This document shows positions 9,076 to 21,113 of a stretch of 64,000 nt of DNA, piece by piece. Numbering within the stretch: position 1 is the stretch's first letter; the number at the start of each line of letters is the position of its first letter. Below the pieces are notes generated by a model that was given only the letters and a program-made list of their open reading frames with translations, did no database searches and was not told the DNA's origin. This stretch comes from a bacterium (GTDB lineage: Bacteria > UBA8248): the NCBI GenBank assembly GCA_965213625.1, contig CBDBZU010000004.1, positions 2,016,001-2,080,000 on the forward strand, written 5' to 3'. The translations under genes and the position numbers were made by a program.

Positions 9076-10383
9076 ATGGATACGCCGGAAAACGTATCAA
9101 TGAGCGAATCGCCCCATGGAGCTGCGAGATTTTTCGATAAGGCTCGCTTGAGGGTTCCTCCTAAATCCGCCAAGCCATCGATGAGAGAGGTGCTCAGACC
9201 AGTACGGGGCCACAGGGTTTCCGTTTTTGAACGCAGCTATCACTATAAGAGATTTCCGGCGAGATGGGCGTTTCGCGTAGTTGACTTGTTGGGGGAGACC
9301 TTTTTTCGCAATACGAGGGAACGGCCTCCAGCGATTCGCCGCGTTCTTTTGATGCGCCCCGACCATATCGGCGACGTCGTCTGTACGCTGCCCGCAATCC
9401 GTGCGATTCGCGACTCTCTGCCGGATGCGCAAATTGACCTCCTTATTCGCTCATCTGCGCGCTCTTTATTCAGGGAGATGGACGAGGAACTGGACAGGGT
9501 GGATTTCCTCGTCTTCAATGCATCCTGGCGCGACAGGTCTAAGAGAAAGAAATTCGGCTTTCGCTCGATGCGCCGCCTGAGGCGGTTGCTCAGATTGAGA
9601 GCCGATGAAATCGATGGGCCATACGATCTGGCGGTGGATTTCGCGGGTGATTTTCAGTCGATCATTGCGGCCAGGCTCGCGGGCGTGCGCTATATGGTCG
9701 GGCGGGGCATCAGGGGATTCGGCTTCGGTCTGGACGCGGAGGTCGAGGAGTTCCCAAAACGCCACCAGGTAGAATTTAATTTAGACATGCTTGAATATGC
9801 AGGGCTGGGTCCGTTCGAGACGAAAAACCCTTCACTTACGCTATCTATAGAAGAACTGGAAGAAGGACGAGCGGGCATAGCCTCGTTGATGGAGGAGCAC
9901 TCGGGTTCTTTCATTGGGATTCACCCGGGAGCAGGAGGAGTAGAGAGAATCTGGAGCCCGAAACTATACGGAGAATTGATCAGCAGGGTCGTTTCCACGC
10001 TTCCCGCCCGGGTCTTGTTGCTGGGCGGGCCGGATGACCGGCCAATCGTCGATTCGATATTCAAATCTATGAAGGGAGTCCGCGTTCGGGGCACGATTGT
10101 GGACATGTGCGAGAAGGTTGAGCAACTCCGCTCGCTTATGGGGGTGATGAAGGCCTGCCGGTTGTTTATCGGCAACGATTCGGGCCCCACTCATATTGCC
10201 GCTGCGCTCGGCGTTCCCGTGATTTGCATTTTTCAGGGGCCGGCTGAGCCGAGCGTATGGGGGCCGCGCGGCCCGAATGTGGTGGTGTTGCGAAAAAGTC
10301 CCGCTTCCGTGGGCGATACTCACGAAGACAAAGAGAACCAAGAACTCGAGCGCGTCTATGAGGCGGTGAAGAGATGCGTATAG
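9076..10383 (+). CDS. Glycosyltransferase family 9 (heptosyltransferase-like)
   Basis: DHIGDVV, IHPGAG, GNDSGPTHIAAALG. Confidence 0.9.
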   Translation: MDTPENVSMSESPHGAARFFDKARLRVPPKSAKPSMREVLRPVRGHRVSVFERSYHYKRFPARWAFRVVDLLGETFFRNTRERPPAIRRVLLMRPDHIGDVVCTLPAIRAIRDSLPDAQIDLLIRSSARSLFREMDEELDRVDFLVFNASWRDRSKRKKFGFRSMRRLRRLLRLRADEIDGPYDLAVDFAGDFQSIIAARLAGVRYMVGRGIRGFGFGLDAEVEEFPKRHQVEFNLDMLEYAGLGPFETKNPSLTLSIEELEEGRAGIASLMEEHSGSFIGIHPGAGGVERIWSPKLYGELISRVVSTLPARVLLLGGPDDRPIVDSIFKSMKGVRVRGTIVDMCEKVEQLRSLMGVMKACRLFIGNDSGPTHIAAALGVPVICIFQGPAEPSVWGPRGPNVVVLRKSPASVGDTHEDKENQELERVYEAVKRCV

Positions 10384-11504
10384 GGATCGACGCCCGGATG
10401 ATCTCGATGGGCGGCATCGGCACTTATCTCAGAAGCTTGCTCGCCGGTCTGGACAGGCGCGACGACGATGAGGAATACGTCGTTTTCCTTCAGGAAAAGG
10501 ATATGGATTACTGTGCGGATCTGGGTAGTAATTTCAGGCGAGTGTTTTGCGCGGCTCCGCCGTATTCACTTGCTGAGCAGGTGAGGCTGCCTCGAATTCT
10601 GGGGCGTGAGCGGTTGGACCTGATACACCAACCACATTATTTCGCTCCTTTTTTCGGCAAGACACCCATGGTGACGACGATTCACGACATGATTCATCAG
10701 TTGTTTCCGGCGCTTTGCCCCTCGCCGCTTCATTGGCGCGTCTCCAAATGGATGATCGCAAGAACGGTGCGGCGGGCGCGCCTGATCATCGCCGTATCCG
10801 AACACACGAAAAGAGACATCATAGAGCACGTGGGCGTCGCGGAAGAAATGGTGCGTGTGACGTACAACGCTCTGCCACCTGGTTGGGAGGATGGGCGTGC
10901 TCCCATGCCCGAAGCCCTGGAAAGACTCGGCGATGCGCCTTATTTCCTGTATGTGGGAAACCACAAACGCCACAAGAACTTGCAACTGCTGCTCGATGCT
11001 TTTGCGGACCTGTTGAAGGAAGTAGATGGGATTCGCCTCGTCATGACAGGTGAGCGGAAGAGTCTCGAGAGTGTTTTGCGCTTTTTGAGACTCGGAGAGG
11101 AAGTCGTGTTTCTGGGGCAGATGCCCCAAGAGGCGTTACCGGGTCTCTATCGCTCTGCACTGGCGCTGGTGTTTCCCTCCCATTACGAGGGTTTTGGCTA
11201 TCCCCCTCTGGAGGCAATGACCTGCGGCGCGCCGCCGATCGTATCGGACGCGGCCTCTTTACCCGAAGTTGTCGGCGATGCAGGTCTGATCGTTCCGCGG
11301 GGGGATAAGGACGCCTTGCGAAACGCGATGCTGCGTGTCCTGAGGGAGCCGGGCCTGAGAGATACCCTCGCAGAAAAGTCGAAAGAGCGGGCGCGCTATT
11401 TTCAATGGGAAAAACTCGCCGCCGAAACACAGCGCGCCTATCGAGACGCCCTTTTGTGTTCATCCGGTAGCGTTCCCGCCTCGCCATCCGTAGCCAGGTC
11501 GTGA
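10374..11504 (+). CDS. Glycosyltransferase family 4
   Basis: MRIGIDAR, TIHD, HKN, YEGFGYPPLEAM. Confidence 0.9.
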   Translation: MRIGIDARMISMGGIGTYLRSLLAGLDRRDDDEEYVVFLQEKDMDYCADLGSNFRRVFCAAPPYSLAEQVRLPRILGRERLDLIHQPHYFAPFFGKTPMVTTIHDMIHQLFPALCPSPLHWRVSKWMIARTVRRARLIIAVSEHTKRDIIEHVGVAEEMVRVTYNALPPGWEDGRAPMPEALERLGDAPYFLYVGNHKRHKNLQLLLDAFADLLKEVDGIRLVMTGERKSLESVLRFLRLGEEVVFLGQMPQEALPGLYRSALALVFPSHYEGFGYPPLEAMTCGAPPIVSDAASLPEVVGDAGLIVPRGDKDALRNAMLRVLREPGLRDTLAEKSKERARYFQWEKLAAETQRAYRDALLCSSGSVPASPSVARS

Positions 11505-11520
11505 GAGTTCAGGGGCAGAA

Positions 11521-12729
11521 ATGCGAGTAGCAATCGTGCACGATTGGCTCACGGGCATGCGGGGCGGGGAAAAATGCCTCGAGGTATTTTGCGAGATATA
11601 CCCGGAGGCGGATATCTTTACGCTGTTTCACCAGCCGGGTTCGGTTTCTGATACCATCGAGCGTCACCGTATCCATACCAGCCCCTTGCAGCGGATTCCC
11701 GGCGCCAGGCGGCACTACCGCTATATGCTTCCACTCATGCCGACGGCCGTGCGGATGTTCTCCCTCGGTGAATACGATTTCATTCTGTCGAGTTCACATT
11801 GCGTCGCGAAAGGGGCAAAGGGTGGCCATAACACCTACCACCTCAGTTATTGTCATACACCGATGCGCTACGCTTGGAGCGGTTATGAGGCGTATTCCGC
11901 GCGCATGAATGGCGCAGCCAAGTGGTTTTTTCCTCGCCTCGTCGAATACCTGAGAAGATGGGACAACGAAGCCAACAGGGGAGTGCATGATTTTATCGCC
12001 AACAGCCATACGGTGGCGGAGCGTATCCGTCGCTATTACGGCAGACAGGCGGAAGTTCTCTACCCTCCTGTGGATACGGAGTTCTACCGAACCCGAAACG
12101 AGCGCGTTTCTGATTACTACCTCATGGTCACGGCGTTCGCACCTTATAAGCGCGTCGATGCGGCAGTCGAGGCTTTCGGGCGGCTTGGGCGTCCGCTCAA
12201 GGTGGTGGGAGAGGGACAGGACTTCGAGCGTGTCCGCGCGCTGGGAAAACCGAACGTGGAGTTCCTCGGTTGGCAGGATGATGAAACGATCCGGGAGCTT
12301 TACGCCGGATGCCGCGCCTTCATATTCCCGGGAGAAGAGGACTTCGGCATCACCCCGCTCGAGGCGCAGGCGTGTGGCCGCCCTGTTCTCGCATTGGGCT
12401 TGGGTGGCGCGCTGGAGACCGTCGTGGGCTTGAATGCGCAGGAATATGAAGCGCCGCAGGGCTTCATCCCTAGGTCCGTAGCGGAAGATAGTGAAGTGGA
12501 GCCCACTGGAATGTTTTTCTCCGGTTATGAGCCGAGAGATATCGAAGAAGCCGTCGTGGCGTTCGAAAAAATAGAAGACCAATTCTCGCCCAAGGCCTCT
12601 CGCAAACAAGCGGAGTGCTTCGCTCGCGAGAAATTCAAGAAAGCGGCAGCAGAGCGTTTCCGGTGGGGTTGGCTGAATCACCGCGAACGTCTGGAAAAAT
12701 TGGGTGAAACATACCGAGCAATAGAATAA
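11521..12729 (+). CDS. Glycosyltransferase family 4 (mannosyltransferase-like)
   Basis: VHDWLTGMRGGE, YCHTPMRYAW, EDFGITPLEAQACG. Confidence 0.9.
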   Translation: MRVAIVHDWLTGMRGGEKCLEVFCEIYPEADIFTLFHQPGSVSDTIERHRIHTSPLQRIPGARRHYRYMLPLMPTAVRMFSLGEYDFILSSSHCVAKGAKGGHNTYHLSYCHTPMRYAWSGYEAYSARMNGAAKWFFPRLVEYLRRWDNEANRGVHDFIANSHTVAERIRRYYGRQAEVLYPPVDTEFYRTRNERVSDYYLMVTAFAPYKRVDAAVEAFGRLGRPLKVVGEGQDFERVRALGKPNVEFLGWQDDETIRELYAGCRAFIFPGEEDFGITPLEAQACGRPVLALGLGGALETVVGLNAQEYEAPQGFIPRSVAEDSEVEPTGMFFSGYEPRDIEEAVVAFEKIEDQFSPKASRKQAECFAREKFKKAAAERFRWGWLNHRERLEKLGETYRAIE

Positions 12730-12805
12730 TACTGATAAGATAAGGTTGCTTGCCGGCGCCTTGCACGAGGAACTTCTGGCCGGACCCGACAAGGAATATC
12801 ATGTC

Positions 12806-14194
12806 GTGTTGCGCAGATACGGCCAATTGAACGCGCTTTTTCTGATTGCGGGCGATGTCATTGCGCTGATTTCGGCCTGGTTCATGGCGTATTGGCTGCG
12901 TTTCGTCGCGGAGATAGTTCCCGTTCCCTCCGGGTATCCCGATTTCAGTTTCTATCTCATCTCGCTTTTTGTGATACTGTCCACTTGGTTCATCTCTTCG
13001 AGCATAACGTGTTTGTACCATTACCGTGCTGGCCTCAATCGCACTCAGGAGGTCATTCGGCTCACGAGCACAATGGCCTGGACGGTTCTGTTGTTCGCCT
13101 TCTTCACGTTTTTCTACCGAAAACAAAGTTACAGCCGATTGTTGGTTGTTCTGTTCATGGTCTTTGGGCCTGTTTTTCTTTTTTCGGTCAGGCGCCTGGT
13201 CTGGTCCTTTATTCGACGCTTGAGGCGACGGGGTGTGGACATGCGACGCATCCTTATCGCGGGAACGACGCCAATTGCCCGGCGGGTCGCCGCTCATTTG
13301 GAGACATATCGATATCTTGGCTTTCAGGTCGTGGGACACCTCGGTGAGGGAGATGCCGGAGAAGATGTGCGAGTGATCGGGAAACTGGGGGAAGTACGTG
13401 AAGTTGTAGCGCGCGAGGGAGTCCATGAAGTCTATGTGGCGCTTCCTCTGAAGGCGCGCACCGCGCAGCAGGAATTGCTGAACGCCTTGGTAGACTCGAG
13501 CGTTGATGTCCGCCTGGTGCCCGATCTTGTCGAACACATGCGCCTGAACCCTGGGATTGAGGAACTCGACGGACTGCCGGTGGTCCTGTTGTCACAGACA
13601 CCTCTTTTTGGCTGGAATTGCTGGATGAAAGTATTGGTGGATTATTTGCTGGGAGCTTTGTCTTTGCTCGTTTTCAGTCCGTTAATCGTGCTCATCGCTC
13701 TCATCGTGAAGTGGACGAGCCGGGGTCCTATTCTGTATCGCCAGGAAAGAATGGGTCTGGACGGCGTGCGGTTTCACATGTACAAGTTTCGCTCCATGAG
13801 GATAGATGCGGCAGTGGAATCAGACGAGGTCTGGACGAGGGAAGGCGATGAGCGGCGTACCCGGCTCGGCGTTTTCCTCAGAAAGACGAGTCTTGATGAA
13901 TTGCCGCAGTTGTTCAATGTGTTGCGAGGTGAAATGAGCCTCGTGGGTCCGAGGCCCGAGCGTCCGGTTTTCGTGGAGAAATTCAGAGCCTCCGTTCCCG
14001 ATTACATGCTGCGACATAAAATGAAATCCGGGATGACGGGTTGGGCGCAGGTGAATGGATGGCGTGGAAATACGTCGATAGAAAAAAGGATCGAATTCGA
14101 TTTACACTATATCGAGAACTGGTCTTTGGGTCTTGATGTCAAGATTTTATGGCTCACCCTCTGGAAGGGGCTGATAAACAAAAATGCGTACTAG
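12806..14194 (+). CDS. wcaJ: Undecaprenyl-phosphate glucose phosphotransferase (WcaJ-type priming GT)
   Basis: N-terminal TM helices, then YKFRSM, SLDELPQLFNVLRGEMSLVGPRPER, GMTGWAQVNG; GTG start at 12806 chosen after AAGGA (ORF open from 12746). Confidence 0.85.
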   Translation: MLRRYGQLNALFLIAGDVIALISAWFMAYWLRFVAEIVPVPSGYPDFSFYLISLFVILSTWFISSSITCLYHYRAGLNRTQEVIRLTSTMAWTVLLFAFFTFFYRKQSYSRLLVVLFMVFGPVFLFSVRRLVWSFIRRLRRRGVDMRRILIAGTTPIARRVAAHLETYRYLGFQVVGHLGEGDAGEDVRVIGKLGEVREVVAREGVHEVYVALPLKARTAQQELLNALVDSSVDVRLVPDLVEHMRLNPGIEELDGLPVVLLSQTPLFGWNCWMKVLVDYLLGALSLLVFSPLIVLIALIVKWTSRGPILYRQERMGLDGVRFHMYKFRSMRIDAAVESDEVWTREGDERRTRLGVFLRKTSLDELPQLFNVLRGEMSLVGPRPERPVFVEKFRASVPDYMLRHKMKSGMTGWAQVNGWRGNTSIEKRIEFDLHYIENWSLGLDVKILWLTLWKGLINKNAY

Positions 14195-14215
14195 ACGGCA
14201 TTATGGGTGTATGGA

Positions 14216-16638
<2,423 letters not shown>

Positions 16639-16681
16639 CGCGTCCTTACGTGTCGTTCATGCGGCATGGGATCTGGAAAAG

Positions 16682-17521
16682 ATGAAAATGGTGGAAAAAA
16701 GAATAGTAAAAATTGGGGATGTGGCCTTTGGCGAGCCGGGAGCGATTTGCGTTATCGCAGGGCCATGTATGCTCGAAAGTGAGGAATTGGCCGAGAAATC
16801 CGCTCAAAAGATAAAAAAAGTGATAGAAAAATGCGGTATCGGCGGGGTGTTCAAGGCCTCGTATGACAAGGCGAATCGCAGTTCGGGGAAATCTCCGCGC
16901 GGTCCCGGATTAGATGAGGGTTTGAAGATACTCAAGATGGTAAGACGCGAGACCGGCCTTCCGGTGATGTCGGATGTTCATAGCCCCAAAGAAGCCGAAC
17001 GAGCGGCTCGGGTTCTGGACGCCGTTCAGATTCCCGCTTTCTTATGTCGCCAGACGGATCTCCTCCATGCCGCAGGAAGAACGGGTAAGCCCGTGAACGT
17101 CAAAAAAGGGCAGTTCATGGCGCCCGAGGATATGAAAAACGTCGTAGGGAAGCTTGAAGAAGCGGGTTGCCGGCAAATACTTCTTACTGAAAGAGGAACC
17201 AGTTTCGGCTACCACAATCTGGTATCCGATATGCGTTCGCTCGTGAAGATGCGTGAATCGGGATATCCCGTCGTTTTCGATGCGACGCACAGTGTTCAGT
17301 CGCCGGGCGGACTCGGGGAAAGTTCGGGAGGGGATAGGAGCATGGTTCCTCATCTCGCACGCGCCGCGGCGGGCGTCGGCGTCGATGCTTTTTTTATCGA
17401 ATGCCATCCTAGGCCGGATGAGGCATTGTCCGATGGCCCCAATATGATGGATATCGAAGAGCTGGATTCTCTTCTCGCCTCGTTGCAGGCGATAGATTCT
17501 GCGCGACTCGCCGCTCAATAA
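16682..17521 (+). CDS. kdsA: KDO 8-phosphate synthase
   Basis: IAGPC, KASYDKANRSS, PAFLCRQTDL, KKGQF, FDATHSVQ. Confidence 0.96.
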   Translation: MKMVEKRIVKIGDVAFGEPGAICVIAGPCMLESEELAEKSAQKIKKVIEKCGIGGVFKASYDKANRSSGKSPRGPGLDEGLKILKMVRRETGLPVMSDVHSPKEAERAARVLDAVQIPAFLCRQTDLLHAAGRTGKPVNVKKGQFMAPEDMKNVVGKLEEAGCRQILLTERGTSFGYHNLVSDMRSLVKMRESGYPVVFDATHSVQSPGGLGESSGGDRSMVPHLARAAAGVGVDAFFIECHPRPDEALSDGPNMMDIEELDSLLASLQAIDSARLAAQ

Positions 17522-17716
17522 GATTCCATGAGTCAATTCTTCCTTACATCATTAGTTTCGCTCGTTTCCTGATCGCTCCTCTCATATCTTCCTACCGGCA
17601 GGCGCGGGAGTTGGCCTCAAAATATGAATTGGCGCAACTTTTCTACATTTTGGTATTATGTTGATAGGTATGGATTGATCGAGAACTTTTCGTTCACGCT
17701 TTCATGAGAAGAGTTT

Positions 17717-19459
17717 GTGGAACATCAACGCATCTATGCCAAGCCTCAGTCGAATCTCTCTTTCATCGGCGTAAATGTGCGCCTGGAAGGCTCGCTGCGT
17801 TTTGCGGGCAAAGTTTTCGTGGAAGGTAAGTTCAAAGGTGAACTCCATGGTGATGGACATCTGGAGATTGCGGAAGCGGGGATGGCCGAGGGTGAAATTC
17901 ATACGAACGAGTTGGTGAATCACGGTCATACCAAAGGCTCTATATTTGTAGCGAATCGAGTTGAATTTAAAGCAGGATGCTCTCACGAAGGGGATGTGAC
18001 GGCCCGCAAAATATATATGGATCCAGAAGCAAGCTTTGAGGGTAGGTTGATGATGCCAGACGTCGTTGCGACGCCAGCGCCCAAACCGTGGATTTCGAAA
18101 AGACGCTTGCAAATGGCGGCGGGGTTGGTTTTGTTTCTGGCTGCTGGTGTAGCCACGACGGCGATTTCTAGGGAATCTCCGAATTACTTGCGCAATATCT
18201 GGAATCGTTTCGACGCAATATGGGAAGCGAGAGTTGGTGAATGGCTGAACCCCATCGGGCCGAAAAATCCGAAGCTTAAACTCGAAGAGCAGCAGAGGAG
18301 ATATATTGCGGAGGCAGCTCGGCACCAAAGCAAAGGAGAGTTCAAAAAAGCCGCGGCAAGTCTGAGGAAAGCGTTGGTGCTCAAGGGGAGTCGCCAGAAT
18401 GTGGCCCGCTACCGTTTGGCGAAAATACTGGCGCAGCAAAATCATACCGCTGAGGCCATCCGTGAAATACAATCTCTACTCCAACGTACCCCGGGACACA
18501 TTGAAGGGATGATCCTGCTTGGCGATTTGTATGTTAGCAGTGGGCAACTCTCACAGGCTCTGGAGATATACAAAGAAGCCTATCTGCGCGAACCTGAGGA
18601 CATCGTCCTAAAAAGGCGGCTCCAGATCGTTGAATCCCGCGTCAGATCGGTACGGCCTGGATCGACCGAACCTGCAGAAGAGGCTTTGGACCCGACCCAG
18701 GTTTTAATCAATGCGGAGCGCTTCATATCCGAAAAAGAGCCGGTGAGGGCCGTGAACCTGCTCAGAGGCGCCATTGAAAAAACACCGGACAATGCGAGAT
18801 ACCATTTCTTGCTGGGCGCTGCTCTGGTTCAATTGAACCGTAGGGACGAAGCAATTCGCGCTTATGAGAAAGTAGTTTCTTTATCTCCCGACTGGCTGGA
18901 TGGATATATACGTTTGGGTGCTCTATTGGAATCCAAGGGTCGGGACAAGGATGCGATTGCGCTTTACGAAAAAGCGGGCCAACTGGACTTGAACGACACC
19001 GAGATGAAAATTCGCATTGCGAAGCTTCATAGATCGAGGGAACGGAACAAAACCGCTCATGAGATACTTGTGAATTTGTTGAAGGAAAATCCCCGTTCAT
19101 CTCGCGTTTTGGTGGAACTTGGTGTTTTCCTTTGGGAAACCGGGAAACCGAAAGATTCGAAGAAGGTGTTTTTGCAGGTGCTAGAAATTGATAAGAATTC
19201 CGCTCCGGCGTTGAATCGGTTGGCGTGGTTTCACCGGAAGGATAAAGAAAGTTTGGATCACGCAATCAAACTTTCCAAACGTTCACTGGAAATCCAACCC
19301 GATACGCCGGCGTATCTCGATACCCTGGCGGAGTTATATTATCGCAACGGGGAATCGGTGAAAGCGCTACCGCTCATTCAGAGGGCGATTGAGTTAGACC
19401 CCGGAAGTCGCTATCTTCGTCTACAATTGGAAAAATTCAAGAAAGCGAGCCGCAAATGA
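17717..19459 (+). CDS. Bactofilin (polymer-forming cytoskeletal) domain + TM helix + TPR-repeat protein
   Basis: N-terminus IG.NVRLEGSL.F.GKVFVEGKFKGEL...EGEI...GDVTARKI.MDPEASFEG; hydrophobic AAGLVLFLAAGVA; many TPRs ending YLDTLAELYY. Confidence 0.8.
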   Translation: MEHQRIYAKPQSNLSFIGVNVRLEGSLRFAGKVFVEGKFKGELHGDGHLEIAEAGMAEGEIHTNELVNHGHTKGSIFVANRVEFKAGCSHEGDVTARKIYMDPEASFEGRLMMPDVVATPAPKPWISKRRLQMAAGLVLFLAAGVATTAISRESPNYLRNIWNRFDAIWEARVGEWLNPIGPKNPKLKLEEQQRRYIAEAARHQSKGEFKKAAASLRKALVLKGSRQNVARYRLAKILAQQNHTAEAIREIQSLLQRTPGHIEGMILLGDLYVSSGQLSQALEIYKEAYLREPEDIVLKRRLQIVESRVRSVRPGSTEPAEEALDPTQVLINAERFISEKEPVRAVNLLRGAIEKTPDNARYHFLLGAALVQLNRRDEAIRAYEKVVSLSPDWLDGYIRLGALLESKGRDKDAIALYEKAGQLDLNDTEMKIRIAKLHRSRERNKTAHEILVNLLKENPRSSRVLVELGVFLWETGKPKDSKKVFLQVLEIDKNSAPALNRLAWFHRKDKESLDHAIKLSKRSLEIQPDTPAYLDTLAELYYRNGESVKALPLIQRAIELDPGSRYLRLQLEKFKKASRK

Positions 19460-19651
19460 TGCCCGAAATGATCGGATGAATAGATATACTCAGTACACCT
19501 TGGTGAGTTTGAGCAACTGAGCACTTGTCTGGCAGCGAACAAACGTGTTGTATGGGATACTTATAAACAAGTGTTATGAAGGGGTTGTGAAGAGCAATTT
19601 ATCCCGTATTGTTATCTAGTAGTCGCCACCCTAAGTTTGGAGGGCTGAGAA

Positions 19652-20485
19652 ATGGGTATTCTTACAATTTCGAGAGAACTTGGAAGCGGTGGTGATGCTG
19701 TCGGGAAAATAGTTGCTGAAGAATTGGGATGGGAGCTTTTGGATAACGACGGATTTGCGGATGCGGCGCAATCGTATGGTTATGTTCGAGCCGAACTCGA
19801 ACAGGTGGATGAGAGAAAGCCCGGTTTGATAGACCGTTTCTTCCGTGACAGACAACTCGTATATCTCGATATCATGCGCGCCATCGTGTATGAATCGGCC
19901 TTGAAGAATAATTTCGTCATTCTGGGCCGTGGCTCTCACCTGCTACTGGAGGGAATTGAAGGCGTTTTCAGAGCCCGCATCGTGGCGCCGCGAGTATATC
20001 GCCAACGAACATTGGTAAAAAACGAGGGGATTACCCCATCCATGGCGGAGCAGTTCATACGCCACAACGATGATGAGAGAATGGCTTATACGCGACATTT
20101 TTTCGATGTCAGGTGGGGAGAGCCGAGCCATTTCGATATCATTTTGAATACCGGGTATTTTAATGAGGACATGTCGATACGGCTCTTGGTGAACATATTG
20201 AACAGTGAACAATTTTCCCAATCCCAACCATCGAAATCTCAAAAACTCCAGAATCTGGCTTTCGCGCAAAAGATTAAAGCGACGATTATGACGGATGAGC
20301 GAATTGATGCGAGCGGCATAGTCGTAGAGTGTCTCGGTTCAGGAGAGCTGTTCTTGCACGGACGCGTCAATAGCGATGAAGAAAAAGAATTGGCAGAATC
20401 CATTGCCAGAGAATTTGCTGGAGTTGTTGAATTGAGCAGCGAACTGGTCGTGATGCCACCAATCGAAGGATGGTATCCGGTATGA
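19652..20485 (+). CDS. Cytidylate kinase-like family protein with C-terminal BON domain
   Basis: TISRELGSGG, VILGRG, D.ER..Y...F...W..P..FD.ILNT; C-terminal LHGRV.S.EEKELAE.IA...GV. Confidence 0.8.
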   Translation: MGILTISRELGSGGDAVGKIVAEELGWELLDNDGFADAAQSYGYVRAELEQVDERKPGLIDRFFRDRQLVYLDIMRAIVYESALKNNFVILGRGSHLLLEGIEGVFRARIVAPRVYRQRTLVKNEGITPSMAEQFIRHNDDERMAYTRHFFDVRWGEPSHFDIILNTGYFNEDMSIRLLVNILNSEQFSQSQPSKSQKLQNLAFAQKIKATIMTDERIDASGIVVECLGSGELFLHGRVNSDEEKELAESIAREFAGVVELSSELVVMPPIEGWYPV

Positions 20486-21111
20486 ACAGTAGATTTATTC
20501 GAATAAGCAAGTCACTGCTCGAAAGATGTTTAACATTTCGGTTTGTGTGTATCTGGGGGCTCATGGCGATGCTCTCTGGATGTAGTCTGGTGGTGATGCA
20601 AAACGACTACCAAGAAGATAAGGAGCAAAACCAAAAAGCAGTCGAATCGATCCGTGGCCAGCTTCTCGCCCACACGCAAATCTTGGCGAATCACGGAAAA
20701 TCACTGAACGAATTCAAATTACAGCTTCGAGATACGGTCTCGAATGTCGAGAAAGCGGTGAAGGAATTAAAGGCGAAGCCCAAGACGGCAATGCTTTCTT
20801 CTAAGCCGGAGCGCAAAAAGGAATCCGCCTCGAAACCAGCTAATCAGAGAAAAATGAGCACGGTTACTAGATATATCCGCCACACATATCGGGGGTTGTC
20901 GCTGAGTTATGCCGGAGGTTATAACGAGCCACGCGGCTCGCGTTATCCCTACAGACTCAAACCGGGAACACGCGTAGCCATCATTACCGGTGATCGGGGT
21001 GGTTTCACCAAGGTGGAGGTGAGTTCAGGCCGCTGGGTGGGTAAGAAAATGTGGGTGCGCACCCGCTGGCTTGTGGAGCAGGTGCCGAGTCGCGTAGGCG
21101 GAAAAAGTTGA
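20482..21111 (+). CDS. Hypothetical lipoprotein with coiled coil and possible C-terminal SH3-like domain
   Basis: Lipobox LSGC, Q/E/K-rich helix, LKPGTRVAI...FTKVEV.SG..VGKKMWV; ATGA overlap with upstream gene. Confidence 0.6.
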   Translation: MNSRFIRISKSLLERCLTFRFVCIWGLMAMLSGCSLVVMQNDYQEDKEQNQKAVESIRGQLLAHTQILANHGKSLNEFKLQLRDTVSNVEKAVKELKAKPKTAMLSSKPERKKESASKPANQRKMSTVTRYIRHTYRGLSLSYAGGYNEPRGSRYPYRLKPGTRVAIITGDRGGFTKVEVSSGRWVGKKMWVRTRWLVEQVPSRVGGKS

Positions 21112-21113
21112 TT

